Positions 10,173 to 19,508 of a DNA stretch of 32,000 bases are shown one piece after another (within the stretch, counting starts at the first letter, position 1; each line of letters opens with the position of its first letter). The notes beneath the pieces are model-generated. The model had not been told where the DNA came from and did not search any database. It saw only the letters and a program-made list of their open reading frames with translations. Made by a program: the position numbers and the translations under genes. Where the stretch lies: the NCBI RefSeq assembly GCF_003367075.2, contig NZ_CP065936.1, forward strand, positions 360,001 through 392,000. The letters run 5' to 3'. The stretch is from Cylindrospermopsis raciborskii Cr2010 (lineage in GTDB: Bacteria; Cyanobacteriota; Cyanobacteriia; Cyanobacteriales; Nostocaceae).

Positions 10173-10814
10173 TTTCGCCACCATTTCAGCACGAGCAGAA
10201 ACACCCAACTTTTTAAACATTCTTTTAAGTGACTGCTTAACCGTGTTTTGACTAATCCAAAGTTGGCTGGCAATTTCCCCATTTGTTAACCCCTGAGCAA
10301 CTAATTTGGCAATTTCTAACTCCCTAGCAGTTAGAGGACATTCAGTAATGGGTTTAACCATATTCCACTTAGCTTGGAGAGTGGCGATTTTTGCTGATAA
10401 ATGGATACATAAAGCACTTAAATCAGCCAAATCATTATTGTTAAAGGGAGGACTACCAGGATCTCGGGCAAAATTAAGAGTTCCCACCAGTCTACCATCA
10501 CAAACTATGGGGCCTGTCATCACGTGTTCATGGCGAGTACAAAAATTTTTCCAGTCTTCTGGAGCCAAGACTAACAGTTCATGGGTAGGTGCATGACGTT
10601 CTACAACATAACTTCCTACAGGATTGGCCTCCAAACAAACCGCAGGAATTTCTGGAATTTCCATTCCCGTCAAGAACTGGTGTTCTCTAAAGGAAATACC
10701 CCAATGGTGCACACCAAAATGTAAGCTGATAGTTTCCATAAGAGCTTGTTGTAATTCCTGCTCAGTTTCAACATGGGCTATTGCTTCAAAAATAGAGTGG
10801 AGTGTTTTAGCCAT
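10164..10814 (-). CDS. GAF-domain LuxR family transcriptional regulator
   Basis: C-terminal LuxR HTH LTARELEIAKLVAQGLTNGEIASQLWISQNTVKQSLKRMFKKLGV; N-terminal GAF-like region. Confidence 0.87.
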   Translation of the reverse strand: MAKTLHSIFEAIAHVETEQELQQALMETISLHFGVHHWGISFREHQFLTGMEIPEIPAVCLEANPVGSYVVERHAPTHELLVLAPEDWKNFCTRHEHVMTGPIVCDGRLVGTLNFARDPGSPPFNNNDLADLSALCIHLSAKIATLQAKWNMVKPITECPLTARELEIAKLVAQGLTNGEIASQLWISQNTVKQSLKRMFKKLGVSARAEMVAKLH

Positions 10815-10910
10815 AAAAGTACCCAGTTGGGGACTATGCGAACCTAAAGATTAACTATATTCTAATATTATAAATCACAAAAAGCTATTATCAGCCAGAG
10901 GACAAGCATC

Positions 10911-11555
10911 ATGACAGTCACTCAAATCTCTGCCCAAGAACTTTTCCGGGCTGCATATCAAAATCGTTATACCTGGGATGAAAATTTCCCCGGTTACACA
11001 GCAGATATCACTTATAAATATGAGGGTCAGGAATTCACTGGCAAAATTCGTATTGATGCCAATTTCAAATGGGAAGTTACCCAAGTAGAAGATGAAGCTG
11101 CCAAAAAGGCAATTGACAGTCAAACTTGGGAAATTGCTGTCCATCGCGTAAGGCGCACGTTTGCCCAAACACATGGAGAAAATACCTTTACCTATGGTGG
11201 GAAGGATTCCAGTGGTGCGGTAGAAATTATTGTTGGCGGAAAATCAGCTGGTGATAAATATAAAGTTCGCAATGATGTAGTTACTCTTGTTCACCGTCAT
11301 ATTCATGGAGTTGTTGTGACTATTAACACTTTCAGTATTCACGAAATGGAAGCGGGATATCTATCTCATACTTATGATTCTGTGTATCACGATCCCAAGA
11401 CTGGAGAGCAAAAAGGTGGTCGTAGTGAGTTCACGGATGAATATGAAAAAGTAGGCAATTATTACATTCTCAACCGTCGAGAAATCCGCACAGAAACCCC
11501 AGCAGGTATGTCAATTCAAGAATTTGTTTTCGCTAATCTGGAGTTACTGGGTTAG
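10911..11555 (+). CDS. DUF3386 domain-containing protein
   Basis: 214 aa, AAYQNRYTWDENFPGYTADITY...GKIRIDANFKWEV..., which I recognise as the cyanobacterial DUF3386 pattern. Confidence 0.75.
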   Translation: MTVTQISAQELFRAAYQNRYTWDENFPGYTADITYKYEGQEFTGKIRIDANFKWEVTQVEDEAAKKAIDSQTWEIAVHRVRRTFAQTHGENTFTYGGKDSSGAVEIIVGGKSAGDKYKVRNDVVTLVHRHIHGVVVTINTFSIHEMEAGYLSHTYDSVYHDPKTGEQKGGRSEFTDEYEKVGNYYILNRREIRTETPAGMSIQEFVFANLELLG

Positions 11556-11600
11556 ACGGGAATTTATGAGCTTGTGGCCGTGGTAAATTGCGGCCCACCC

Positions 11601-12503
11601 CTATCCTACCCTTTGAGAATCTAAATATTTAGATAATAAACCAATAAAAACTCCGGGGGTTTCTAAATGGGGTAAAATGCCTGTATCAAGCACCTGCTGA
11701 AAATCTTTAATTGCCATTTTATTTAAACTGGCTAATCTCCTCCCTAAACTAACATTAGTAAACTGGGCCTGTTCACCCCAAAAAAATATGGTAGGCACTT
11801 GTAATTGAGGAATATATAAACTCAGATCAAAATAAAGATTCCCCTTCAAGAATGACAAGGCTGAATATTTACCATCTCTCTTTTGTGCAGAAGTTAAATA
11901 GGCCTGCACTATCTCTTGTGACAATCTTTGTGATTTGACAAATAGGAAGTTCTGTAGAAAATTGGTTACAGCTAGTTCATTTTCTGCGCCCAACCCATAA
12001 ATCAAACTGTCAACAAAGGGTAAGTTAATCACTGGAAGCGGTAATCTCCTACTCGCACCTTGACCAAAATCATTAAAACCCGCAGGACAAACTAAAAATA
12101 ACTGCTCAAAGGTTTGTGGTTCGGAAATGGCAATGCGAATCATCAAAGCTGCTGTTAAAGACGAAGCAACTACTGTTACAGTATCCGCACAAGTCTGGTG
12201 AATAAACTCCCTAATGGTGGTCAAATAATCAACTATTTGATAGTCTCTGACAGGATGATCGGAATCTCCCCAACCAATTAAATCTGGTGCCAAAATGCGA
12301 TATTTATGGGCAAAAGCTGGATAAACCTTAGACCATTCAAAAGCAGAAGCACCACCGCCAAAGTTGTGCAAAAATAGTAAGGGTGGTAATTTGTCAATTC
12401 CCCCAATATCCCAGGGTTCACTGGTCTGGGTATAGTAGACCATACTACCCAAAGAGGTGTCAACTTGTTTTTTACCAAAGCCACACGGATGGAATTCTAA
12501 CAT
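11601..12503 (-). CDS. Alpha/beta fold hydrolase
   Basis: 300 aa, PLLFLHNFGGGASAFEWSKVYPAFAHKYRILAPDLIGWGDSD; nucleophile region VVASSLTAAL is atypical. Confidence 0.87.
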   Translation of the reverse strand: MLEFHPCGFGKKQVDTSLGSMVYYTQTSEPWDIGGIDKLPPLLFLHNFGGGASAFEWSKVYPAFAHKYRILAPDLIGWGDSDHPVRDYQIVDYLTTIREFIHQTCADTVTVVASSLTAALMIRIAISEPQTFEQLFLVCPAGFNDFGQGASRRLPLPVINLPFVDSLIYGLGAENELAVTNFLQNFLFVKSQRLSQEIVQAYLTSAQKRDGKYSALSFLKGNLYFDLSLYIPQLQVPTIFFWGEQAQFTNVSLGRRLASLNKMAIKDFQQVLDTGILPHLETPGVFIGLLSKYLDSQRVG

Positions 12504-12522
12504 AGACCGTTATCTCCCAAAA

Positions 12523-13014
12523 TTAGTATCGACCAATAGGTACAAGTTGATGCAGGTTCTCACCATGAATATGGTAAGCTGCACCAAAGCCAATTACAAA
12601 TCTTCCTCTCGTTGGAGTCAGCTGAAAAACTCGAAAATCAGCCAATCCTTTCAAAACCTCTATAATTGTGCCAAATCTTGCCTGAAATTGATCGACTATT
12701 TCTTGCCATTTGCTCGATTCTCTTTCCAGTAAACTGGCTCTACAATCAAAATTTAAACGCCGACGGGCGAAAATATTAGTACTTTCACCCTCATCCTCAA
12801 TAAATAAAACACTCACATCTGGACGAGACTCAATATTAATAGTATGAATGGATAAACCACTTACATATATGTAAATGTTTTTTAATTCATCCATAACAAA
12901 GGGAGCATAGCTAGCATTAGGAATCCCCTGGTCACTAACCGTAGCAATTATGATGCTAGAAAATTGCTGATGAAAGTCCTCATAGTCAGATTGAATTTTT
13001 GCCCAATCGCTCAT
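12523..13014 (-). CDS. HugZ-like / pyridoxamine 5'-phosphate oxidase-fold protein
   Basis: Start chosen at MSDWAKIQSDYEDFHQQ. IIIATVSDQGIPNASYAPFVMDE...SVLFIEDEGESTNIFARRRLNFDCRA matches the heme-utilisation/PNPOx-like pattern. Confidence 0.82.
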   Translation of the reverse strand: MSDWAKIQSDYEDFHQQFSSIIIATVSDQGIPNASYAPFVMDELKNIYIYVSGLSIHTINIESRPDVSVLFIEDEGESTNIFARRRLNFDCRASLLERESSKWQEIVDQFQARFGTIIEVLKGLADFRVFQLTPTRGRFVIGFGAAYHIHGENLHQLVPIGRY

Positions 13015-13157
13015 AGATGTAGTCCTATCTATACTATTTATATGGGAGAAGAAATTGCCCGATTCCTGCAAGAGTAATCTAAAGTTGCCATCGGAAAGAT
13101 CATGTAGTATGATACGGTATAAAGTATATAATACAGATAATAGAGTTGTTAATCATT

Positions 13158-14651
13158 ATGAATGACAAAAAATCTAATCAATGGGATTTGTGTAGATTCC
13201 TTAAAACCCTTACTTATTTTGAGGTATTTCCCCTCCTGAACTGGATACAAAACATTCTACAAAATCGTCCTACAAACCAACAAGATCAACCAACAGGGAG
13301 AATACAAATGGGTGTAATTTTGGTAGCGGGTGCAACAGGTGGTGTAGGTAAAAGGGTGGTAAAAAAATTATTAACCCAAGGTTATAGGGTACGCTGTTTG
13401 GTCAGAGATATAGAGAAAGCAAGGGAAATTTTGGGCAATGAAGCAGATCTGGTGGTGGGAAATATTACAAAACCAGAAAGTCTCAATGATTTAGTTATGA
13501 GTAATATTCAAGGTGTAGTTTGCTGTACAGCAGTGCGAGTACAACCGGTGGAGGGAGACACACCAGATAGGGCAAAATATAATCAGGGGGTGAAATTCTA
13601 TCAACCAGAAATAGTAGGAGACACACCAGAAAATGTAGAATATAAAGGGGTGAAAAATTTAATATTAGCTGCCAAAAGATATTTACCAACCACCGGAGAA
13701 AAAATCATCTTTGATTTTACTCAACCATCATCAGATATCAAAAATATTTGGGGCGCCTTAGATGATGTGGTCATGGGTGGAGTTAGTTCCAGTAATTTTT
13801 ACATATTAGAGAAAAGTGCAGTCTTTAATGGCAATGTTTCCACGGCAAATTCGGGAGGTTTTGCTTCCGTAAGAACTAAAAACTTTTCCCCTGCAATTAA
13901 CCTATCCGGTTTTACGGGGATCAGATTAAGAGTTAAAGGTGATGGACAACGTTATAAAATACTTTTAAGAACAGAAACAACCTGGGATGGCATAGGTTAT
14001 AGCTACTCCTTCGATACCATAGCAAATACATGGATAGATGTTAACATTCCCTTTGTCAATTTAGTGCCGGTTTTTAGGGCCAAAACCGTAAAAGACTGTC
14101 CCAAAATCGATGAAAGTAAAATTTGTTCCGTGCAATTAATGTTAAGTAAGTTTGAATATGATGGTGGGTTAAATCCTAAATTTACCCCCGGTGCATTTAC
14201 CCTAGAATTAGAATCCATTCAGGCCTATGGTGGTGAAGGTGTATCCCAATTCGTATTGGTTAGTTCTGCAGGTGTAACCCGTCCAGGGAGACCGGGAATT
14301 AATTTAGAAGAAGAGCCACCCGCAGTGAGATTAAATGACCAATTAGGAGGAATTTTAACCTGGAAGTTAAAAGGAGAAGATAGTTTAAGAGACAGCCAAA
14401 TACCTTATACAATTATTAGACCCTGTGCTTTAACAGAAGACAGGGGAGGAAAAGAATTAATAGTAGACCAGGGTGATAATATTCGCGGTAAAATTAGTCG
14501 AGATGATGTGGCAGAAATTTGCCTTCAATCATTACAACAACCACAAGCCAAAAATATTACCTTTGAGGTAAAACAGGGCGAAAATAATGTTGTCTCTCTC
14601 AACTGGAGACAGTTGTTCTCCCAATTACAACCGGACAAGACTAGTCGCTAA
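13158..14651 (+). CDS. SDR/NAD(P)-binding protein with inserted CIA30 domain (HCF173-like architecture)
   Basis: Start chosen at MNDKKSNQWDLCRFLKTLTYFEVFP. Rossmann motif VILVAGATGGVGKRVVKKLL, then a CIA30-like segment (DFTQPSSDIKNIWGALDDVVMGGVSSSNFY...), then return to SDR sequence VLVSSAGVTRPGRPG. Confidence 0.9.
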   Translation: MNDKKSNQWDLCRFLKTLTYFEVFPLLNWIQNILQNRPTNQQDQPTGRIQMGVILVAGATGGVGKRVVKKLLTQGYRVRCLVRDIEKAREILGNEADLVVGNITKPESLNDLVMSNIQGVVCCTAVRVQPVEGDTPDRAKYNQGVKFYQPEIVGDTPENVEYKGVKNLILAAKRYLPTTGEKIIFDFTQPSSDIKNIWGALDDVVMGGVSSSNFYILEKSAVFNGNVSTANSGGFASVRTKNFSPAINLSGFTGIRLRVKGDGQRYKILLRTETTWDGIGYSYSFDTIANTWIDVNIPFVNLVPVFRAKTVKDCPKIDESKICSVQLMLSKFEYDGGLNPKFTPGAFTLELESIQAYGGEGVSQFVLVSSAGVTRPGRPGINLEEEPPAVRLNDQLGGILTWKLKGEDSLRDSQIPYTIIRPCALTEDRGGKELIVDQGDNIRGKISRDDVAEICLQSLQQPQAKNITFEVKQGENNVVSLNWRQLFSQLQPDKTSR

Positions 14652-14792
14652 TAATATGCTATTTGTGGTTGATGGGACTCAGTATAGGGCGATCGCTCAA
14701 TAATTACAGCGACCAAAGCTGTCTATTGTGTTGATTTTTTGTTAAAAATGGTTTATATATAAACCGGATTCGAGATCAGGACGACTTATAGA

Positions 14793-15782
14793 ATGACCTC
14801 CGAACAGACAATTAGACGTTCCGATATATTAAATACCCAAGTCATCACCCGCGATAACGGCAAAAGGTTAGGTATCGTGAGTCAGGTGTGGGTAGACATT
14901 GACCAAAGAGAGGTTGTGGCCTTTGGATTACGAGATAGCCTGATTTCTATTTCTAGTCTACCTCGCCAAATGTATCTCAGTAGTATCAACCAGATCGGTG
15001 ATGTGATTTTGGTTGATAATGAAGATGTCATTGAGGAGATTGACGTAGAAGCTCTCAGTAACTTGATTAACTGGGAAGTGATTACAGAAACTGGAGAAGT
15101 ATTAGGTAGGGTAAGAAGCTTTAAGTTCAATGGTGAAAGTGGTAAAATATCCTCTATAGTTATCGCTTCCCTGGGATTACCCCAAATTCCAGAACAACTG
15201 TTAAGTACCTACGAAATTTCTATAGATGAAGTAGTCAGCACCGGGCCCAATAGACTGATTGTATTTGAGGGTGCGGAAGAAAGAGTTAACCAGTTGAGCG
15301 TGGGAGTTTTAGAACGTTTAGGTATTGGTAAAGCACCCTGGGAAAGAGACTCGGAGGAGGAATATGGTTATTCTGCACCGCGAGCTGTTTCTCCTGCTAA
15401 CCAATTACCTAGTGGAGTACCGTTGGAACCACCTAAACCTAAGATTCGCACTCCCCAACCGATAGCGCGAGAACAAGAAGAGTGGAGTCCAGACTATGTA
15501 GAAGAGGAAATCAGACCTCAGCGCGAGGTTATGCAAGCCCGTGCCTACGAGTCTATACAATACGAGGAGGAAGAAGATAATTGGAGCGAAACAACTGACA
15601 AAGACGCCTATCAAACACCAGCTAGTCCAAAACCCACATCCCAACCTTACAGTAAAACCTATGGTCAACAGTATGAGGATGATGAGGACTTAGAAGGTGA
15701 TGCTTGGTTAGATGTACCTAAACCGGTGAACATTCCCAAGAAGGTTAAGGAAAAACAGGTGGAATACGAGGAAGAAAGCTGA
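14793..15782 (+). CDS. PRC-barrel domain-containing protein with acidic disordered tail
   Basis: Two PRC-barrel-like segments (VITRDNGKRLGIVSQVWVDIDQREVVAFGLRD; ITETGEVLGRVRSFKFNGESGKISSIV), then an acidic, proline-rich C-terminus. Confidence 0.87.
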   Translation: MTSEQTIRRSDILNTQVITRDNGKRLGIVSQVWVDIDQREVVAFGLRDSLISISSLPRQMYLSSINQIGDVILVDNEDVIEEIDVEALSNLINWEVITETGEVLGRVRSFKFNGESGKISSIVIASLGLPQIPEQLLSTYEISIDEVVSTGPNRLIVFEGAEERVNQLSVGVLERLGIGKAPWERDSEEEYGYSAPRAVSPANQLPSGVPLEPPKPKIRTPQPIAREQEEWSPDYVEEEIRPQREVMQARAYESIQYEEEEDNWSETTDKDAYQTPASPKPTSQPYSKTYGQQYEDDEDLEGDAWLDVPKPVNIPKKVKEKQVEYEEES

Positions 15783-15810
15783 CCAAAAGAATGGGAGACA
15801 AGCTCCGTCC

Positions 15811-16407
15811 TTATGGACGGATTCTCTTGTTCGCTGAAACTACAGAGTTTGCCATTTTTACTAAATCGCTTAAACTGCCCGCTTTTAATCCAATAGTGTA
15901 CTGCACTCCTTTTTCTCTCCATGTCAGGTTAGCATCGGAGCAGTTAGCACCACATTTAAAATCTTCAAAATAAGCTTTTTTGTTATTGTTTAGGTTTACT
16001 TCTTTTCCTACAGGTTTGGGGGTATTACTACTAACTAGCTCTGCACTAATAGCACCAAAACGACAAGCTGTTCCCCCACTACAATCGGGAGTGAATCCTA
16101 GTAGGATTTGGTATTTGTTTTTGGTTACCGTTTCCACAATTGAGTAAAGTGGGGGCTCATTTTTCCCAATGGGAATATGGGTTGGTAATAGAATATTGAT
16201 TTGGGTGGTTTTCTTTAATTTAGATAGAATTGGTTGAAAAACCGGATTAACCTGGGATTTTTTGCCCTGAATTGGCTGTTTTGCTATTATCTGGTGCTGG
16301 TAGATTCCTAGTGCTGGGGTGACTGTGATAAGGTTAGTACCGGTGAGCAGTACAAACACGGTACATAATGGACTAATATGCTTGATTGGAAATTTGGAAT
16401 TCATCAT
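15811..16407 (-). CDS. Hypothetical exported protein
   Basis: 198 aa with an N-terminal hydrophobic stretch (ISPLCTVFVLLTGTNLITVTPALG) and four cysteines (DCSGGTACRF, FKCGANCSD). Confidence 0.65.
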   Translation of the reverse strand: MMNSKFPIKHISPLCTVFVLLTGTNLITVTPALGIYQHQIIAKQPIQGKKSQVNPVFQPILSKLKKTTQINILLPTHIPIGKNEPPLYSIVETVTKNKYQILLGFTPDCSGGTACRFGAISAELVSSNTPKPVGKEVNLNNNKKAYFEDFKCGANCSDANLTWREKGVQYTIGLKAGSLSDLVKMANSVVSANKRIRP

Positions 16408-16468
16408 GGTTATTATGTCTATACTCTACTGAATCTTTTGTTGATGTGGAGAAGTCAATGTTATAGTT

Positions 16469-19462
16469 TTAATGCACACCACAAAATGGGTCTCGTTCCC
16501 TATCGATTTCATTGGGTTGTAATTCCAATTCACTATAGTAAACACATCCTGGTTGTTGTAAAGATTCCAGACTATGGGATATCCAATAGGGAACTGCTCC
16601 TGGGTGCATTCTTAATATTCCCTTACTATCTAGGGTGACATAGTATTGACAAGGGTAATCCGTAGAGATTTCTGGTTTGCTAAGGGATCCAATACGGATC
16701 CATTTTTTAGTTTTGGTCAAACTATCGGTTTGACAGATATAGAAATTATGTTGACCATTTTGGGGAAATGGTGGTAAAGGACTACTAATTAATCCCTTTC
16801 CAGTTTCTTTGCTTCCATCTTGTAAGTAATGAAACGTTTCTAATATCTGATTTTGACTGTTGTCAACTGCAAAGACTAAATGATAGGCATCCGGTTGATC
16901 CACTGTAGCAGATTCTAGGACATTGATAGCAATATCACCATCTTTTAAATTGTCATAATCGCCTATAAGGGCAATATTCCATTTTAATTTTCCATCAACA
17001 AATATATCAGAACCAGTTGAATGGGAGTCAATGACAGAATTGATATCAATTCCTGGCACATCTATTAAATAATGGGGACTACCTTGACAGAGTAAAACAG
17101 TAAATTGGAGAGTTTGGTCAATTTCAAATTGGACTTGAATTTTTTTGAGAAATTCAGCTTCTTCCATCCTCAAATTTTCCATGAGAGTTTTACCATCAAA
17201 ACTACCCCAAAGACGTAATTCCCCATCTTGGTAATCTTGACGATAGATGATATTAGTTAATTGAATACCTTGCCAAGTTGTTCTTACTTTAGCGACACTT
17301 TCCCAAGGGATAAGTTGATAGAGTTCTTGTCCAGCATTAAAAATAGATAATAATTCCTGAGTTTGGGTTTTGCGCTTGAAGTTGCAGGGTAAATAATAAA
17401 ATAGATTTTTCACATCTATTTCCAGCTGATTTGCTCCCTTGCGCAGTAAACTTTTAGAAGCTTCCGGATCAAATCTTAACCTTCTTAATTTTTCCGCGTA
17501 ACAAGCACCAGCAGAAGTTGCTAATTTAGTAAATTCTAGGACAAAAGTAATCCGTTCGGGATTCCAGATAAAGTAGGGAGATTTGCTAAATTCTTGGTAA
17601 ATTTGGGTTTTCACCAAATCCAGATTACAAGTTTTACCTGAGAGAATTAACCAATCTACCTTTTCATCTCCATTTAAACGACTTTCCATCAGTCCTTTGG
17701 CGATTCCTATGGCTTCTCTAATACTAGAAATAGCACAACGTTGAAATTGTTGGGCGTTTATAGTTAGGTAAATAGAATCAGCACCAACCAGTTGAAATTT
17801 CACACCACTTTGTAAAAGCAACTCGCTAATTTCTTGCTCATTGAGGGTAAAGGTTAATAAACTATCTTCAGCTCCTTTCTCCCCTAATTTTAATTTGGCG
17901 GATTCTGCATATTCCCACAGAGTATAGAAGGTTTGGAGACGTTGAGGAGCTTGTTGCCATCGAGTTGGTAAGACTTTTTCAGCGGTGTCTAAAGCGTCTT
18001 TGAAAGCAACATCCCCTTCTGGATTCTCTTTGTCCACACATTTTAATAAACTGCCACTTTTAAATTTGCTCTCTTGTAAAAAGCGCTCGTTGAGTTCTGA
18101 ATTAATTAAGTCCTCTAGCTTATCACTGGTTATATCGCCATCGGTAACCGCTGTTAATAAAAAATCAGCCAGGGCAATTTTTAACAATCGAAAAACTCGT
18201 AAGGTGATTAATTCCCCACCTAATTGTAAATGTCCTGAAGAACCCAATAATTTTGGTGTCAGTTTATAATAACGTCCTCCCAAACCTCTATCCTCACTAT
18301 TGGCAAAAACAGGAGTTTTATCTTCTAGGGTGAGTTTGATTAATGCTAGGTCGGTCGTACCCCCACCAATGTCCAATACCAGAACATTTTGGGACCAGTT
18401 ATTTTTTTCCTGACGACAACGGGTTTTAAATGATTCAATACCAATATTCAAATTACCACCAAATTCTCGCCATAAAAAGAATATGGCTACGGAAACAGCT
18501 TCGTCATAGGCCGTTTGCACATCATCTAACCCTAATTCCTCTACTAGTGCTTTAATCTCCTTTCGCACCACCGGAGGAGCAACTGTGGGATAGGTGACCA
18601 CCGCTGTCAAAAAGTCCCCTTGAGAAAATCTTCTACCTGCACGTTGACGATAGTCTTCAGTTAATTCAATTAGGTGTCCCCACGCTGCTTGAATTAATTG
18701 GTGAACTTCAATGTTATTATTTTCTAGATCATTTTTTTCTCCCTCATTTATCACCACAGGAAAAGTCCGATTTTGCCCAAAATATCTTTTTGGTGAATGA
18801 TGAAATCTACTAATAATATCTTTAAGTGAATTAATTGTACCCTGGGCGATCGCCTTTTTGCGGTTATCTCTTGCAGCTCTACCCATTTGCAATTTCAATG
18901 GTTGTATTTTACAGATTTCTATTTCACTAGGAATTTCTGTTTGTCTTCTATTAAAATCCAAAACCACTGGAATCAAATTTTGCGACTCTAGGGTAGGAAC
19001 GCGAAAAACCTCATGATATATTTGATAGAGTTTTTTACTGACAGCGCGACGAAATCTTTCACTGTTTCCCAAACATAGTTCAATTTGACGAAGAGCTTCT
19101 AGAAATTTGTCTTTATGGTCGTTTTCAAAAATTTCCCCTATTGTTTCTGGTGGAATTTCCAAATTCCTACCCAGATTGACCAGGAATTTTTCCCATTCGT
19201 TCCCACCAATATCTGGTAGAGCTAAATGGGGAGGTGAGTTTAACCATTCCCCTAACCGCTGACGCAGTCTTACTTCTTGTTCTCTGGGTAGGGTTTCTGC
19301 AATTGGTACTTCAATAGGGTCAAACATCGTTACTGTAGAGTTAGAAGTGCCAAAATCTACTGCCAACCAGCCTGGAAATCTCTTGTTAGAGTCTTCATTT
19401 AGTTTTTCACTTAGTTTCTGACTTAATCGGTTAAGGTAAGTGTCTAGTTCAAAATTGTTCAT
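16469..19462 (-). CDS. Giant Hsp70/actin-fold ATPase (SrfB-like)
   Basis: 997 aa; phosphate-1 motif WLAVDFGTSNSTVTMF, phosphate-2 motif VLVLDIGGGTTDLALIKL, adenosine-type motif DWLILSGKTCNLDLV, followed by a long C-terminal region. Confidence 0.8.
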   Translation of the reverse strand: MNNFELDTYLNRLSQKLSEKLNEDSNKRFPGWLAVDFGTSNSTVTMFDPIEVPIAETLPREQEVRLRQRLGEWLNSPPHLALPDIGGNEWEKFLVNLGRNLEIPPETIGEIFENDHKDKFLEALRQIELCLGNSERFRRAVSKKLYQIYHEVFRVPTLESQNLIPVVLDFNRRQTEIPSEIEICKIQPLKLQMGRAARDNRKKAIAQGTINSLKDIISRFHHSPKRYFGQNRTFPVVINEGEKNDLENNNIEVHQLIQAAWGHLIELTEDYRQRAGRRFSQGDFLTAVVTYPTVAPPVVRKEIKALVEELGLDDVQTAYDEAVSVAIFFLWREFGGNLNIGIESFKTRCRQEKNNWSQNVLVLDIGGGTTDLALIKLTLEDKTPVFANSEDRGLGGRYYKLTPKLLGSSGHLQLGGELITLRVFRLLKIALADFLLTAVTDGDITSDKLEDLINSELNERFLQESKFKSGSLLKCVDKENPEGDVAFKDALDTAEKVLPTRWQQAPQRLQTFYTLWEYAESAKLKLGEKGAEDSLLTFTLNEQEISELLLQSGVKFQLVGADSIYLTINAQQFQRCAISSIREAIGIAKGLMESRLNGDEKVDWLILSGKTCNLDLVKTQIYQEFSKSPYFIWNPERITFVLEFTKLATSAGACYAEKLRRLRFDPEASKSLLRKGANQLEIDVKNLFYYLPCNFKRKTQTQELLSIFNAGQELYQLIPWESVAKVRTTWQGIQLTNIIYRQDYQDGELRLWGSFDGKTLMENLRMEEAEFLKKIQVQFEIDQTLQFTVLLCQGSPHYLIDVPGIDINSVIDSHSTGSDIFVDGKLKWNIALIGDYDNLKDGDIAINVLESATVDQPDAYHLVFAVDNSQNQILETFHYLQDGSKETGKGLISSPLPPFPQNGQHNFYICQTDSLTKTKKWIRIGSLSKPEISTDYPCQYYVTLDSKGILRMHPGAVPYWISHSLESLQQPGCVYYSELELQPNEIDRERDPFCGVH

Positions 19463-19508
19463 AGTTTATTTGTTATTGGTTTTTATTGTCACTACAGGTA
19501 AAACTACT

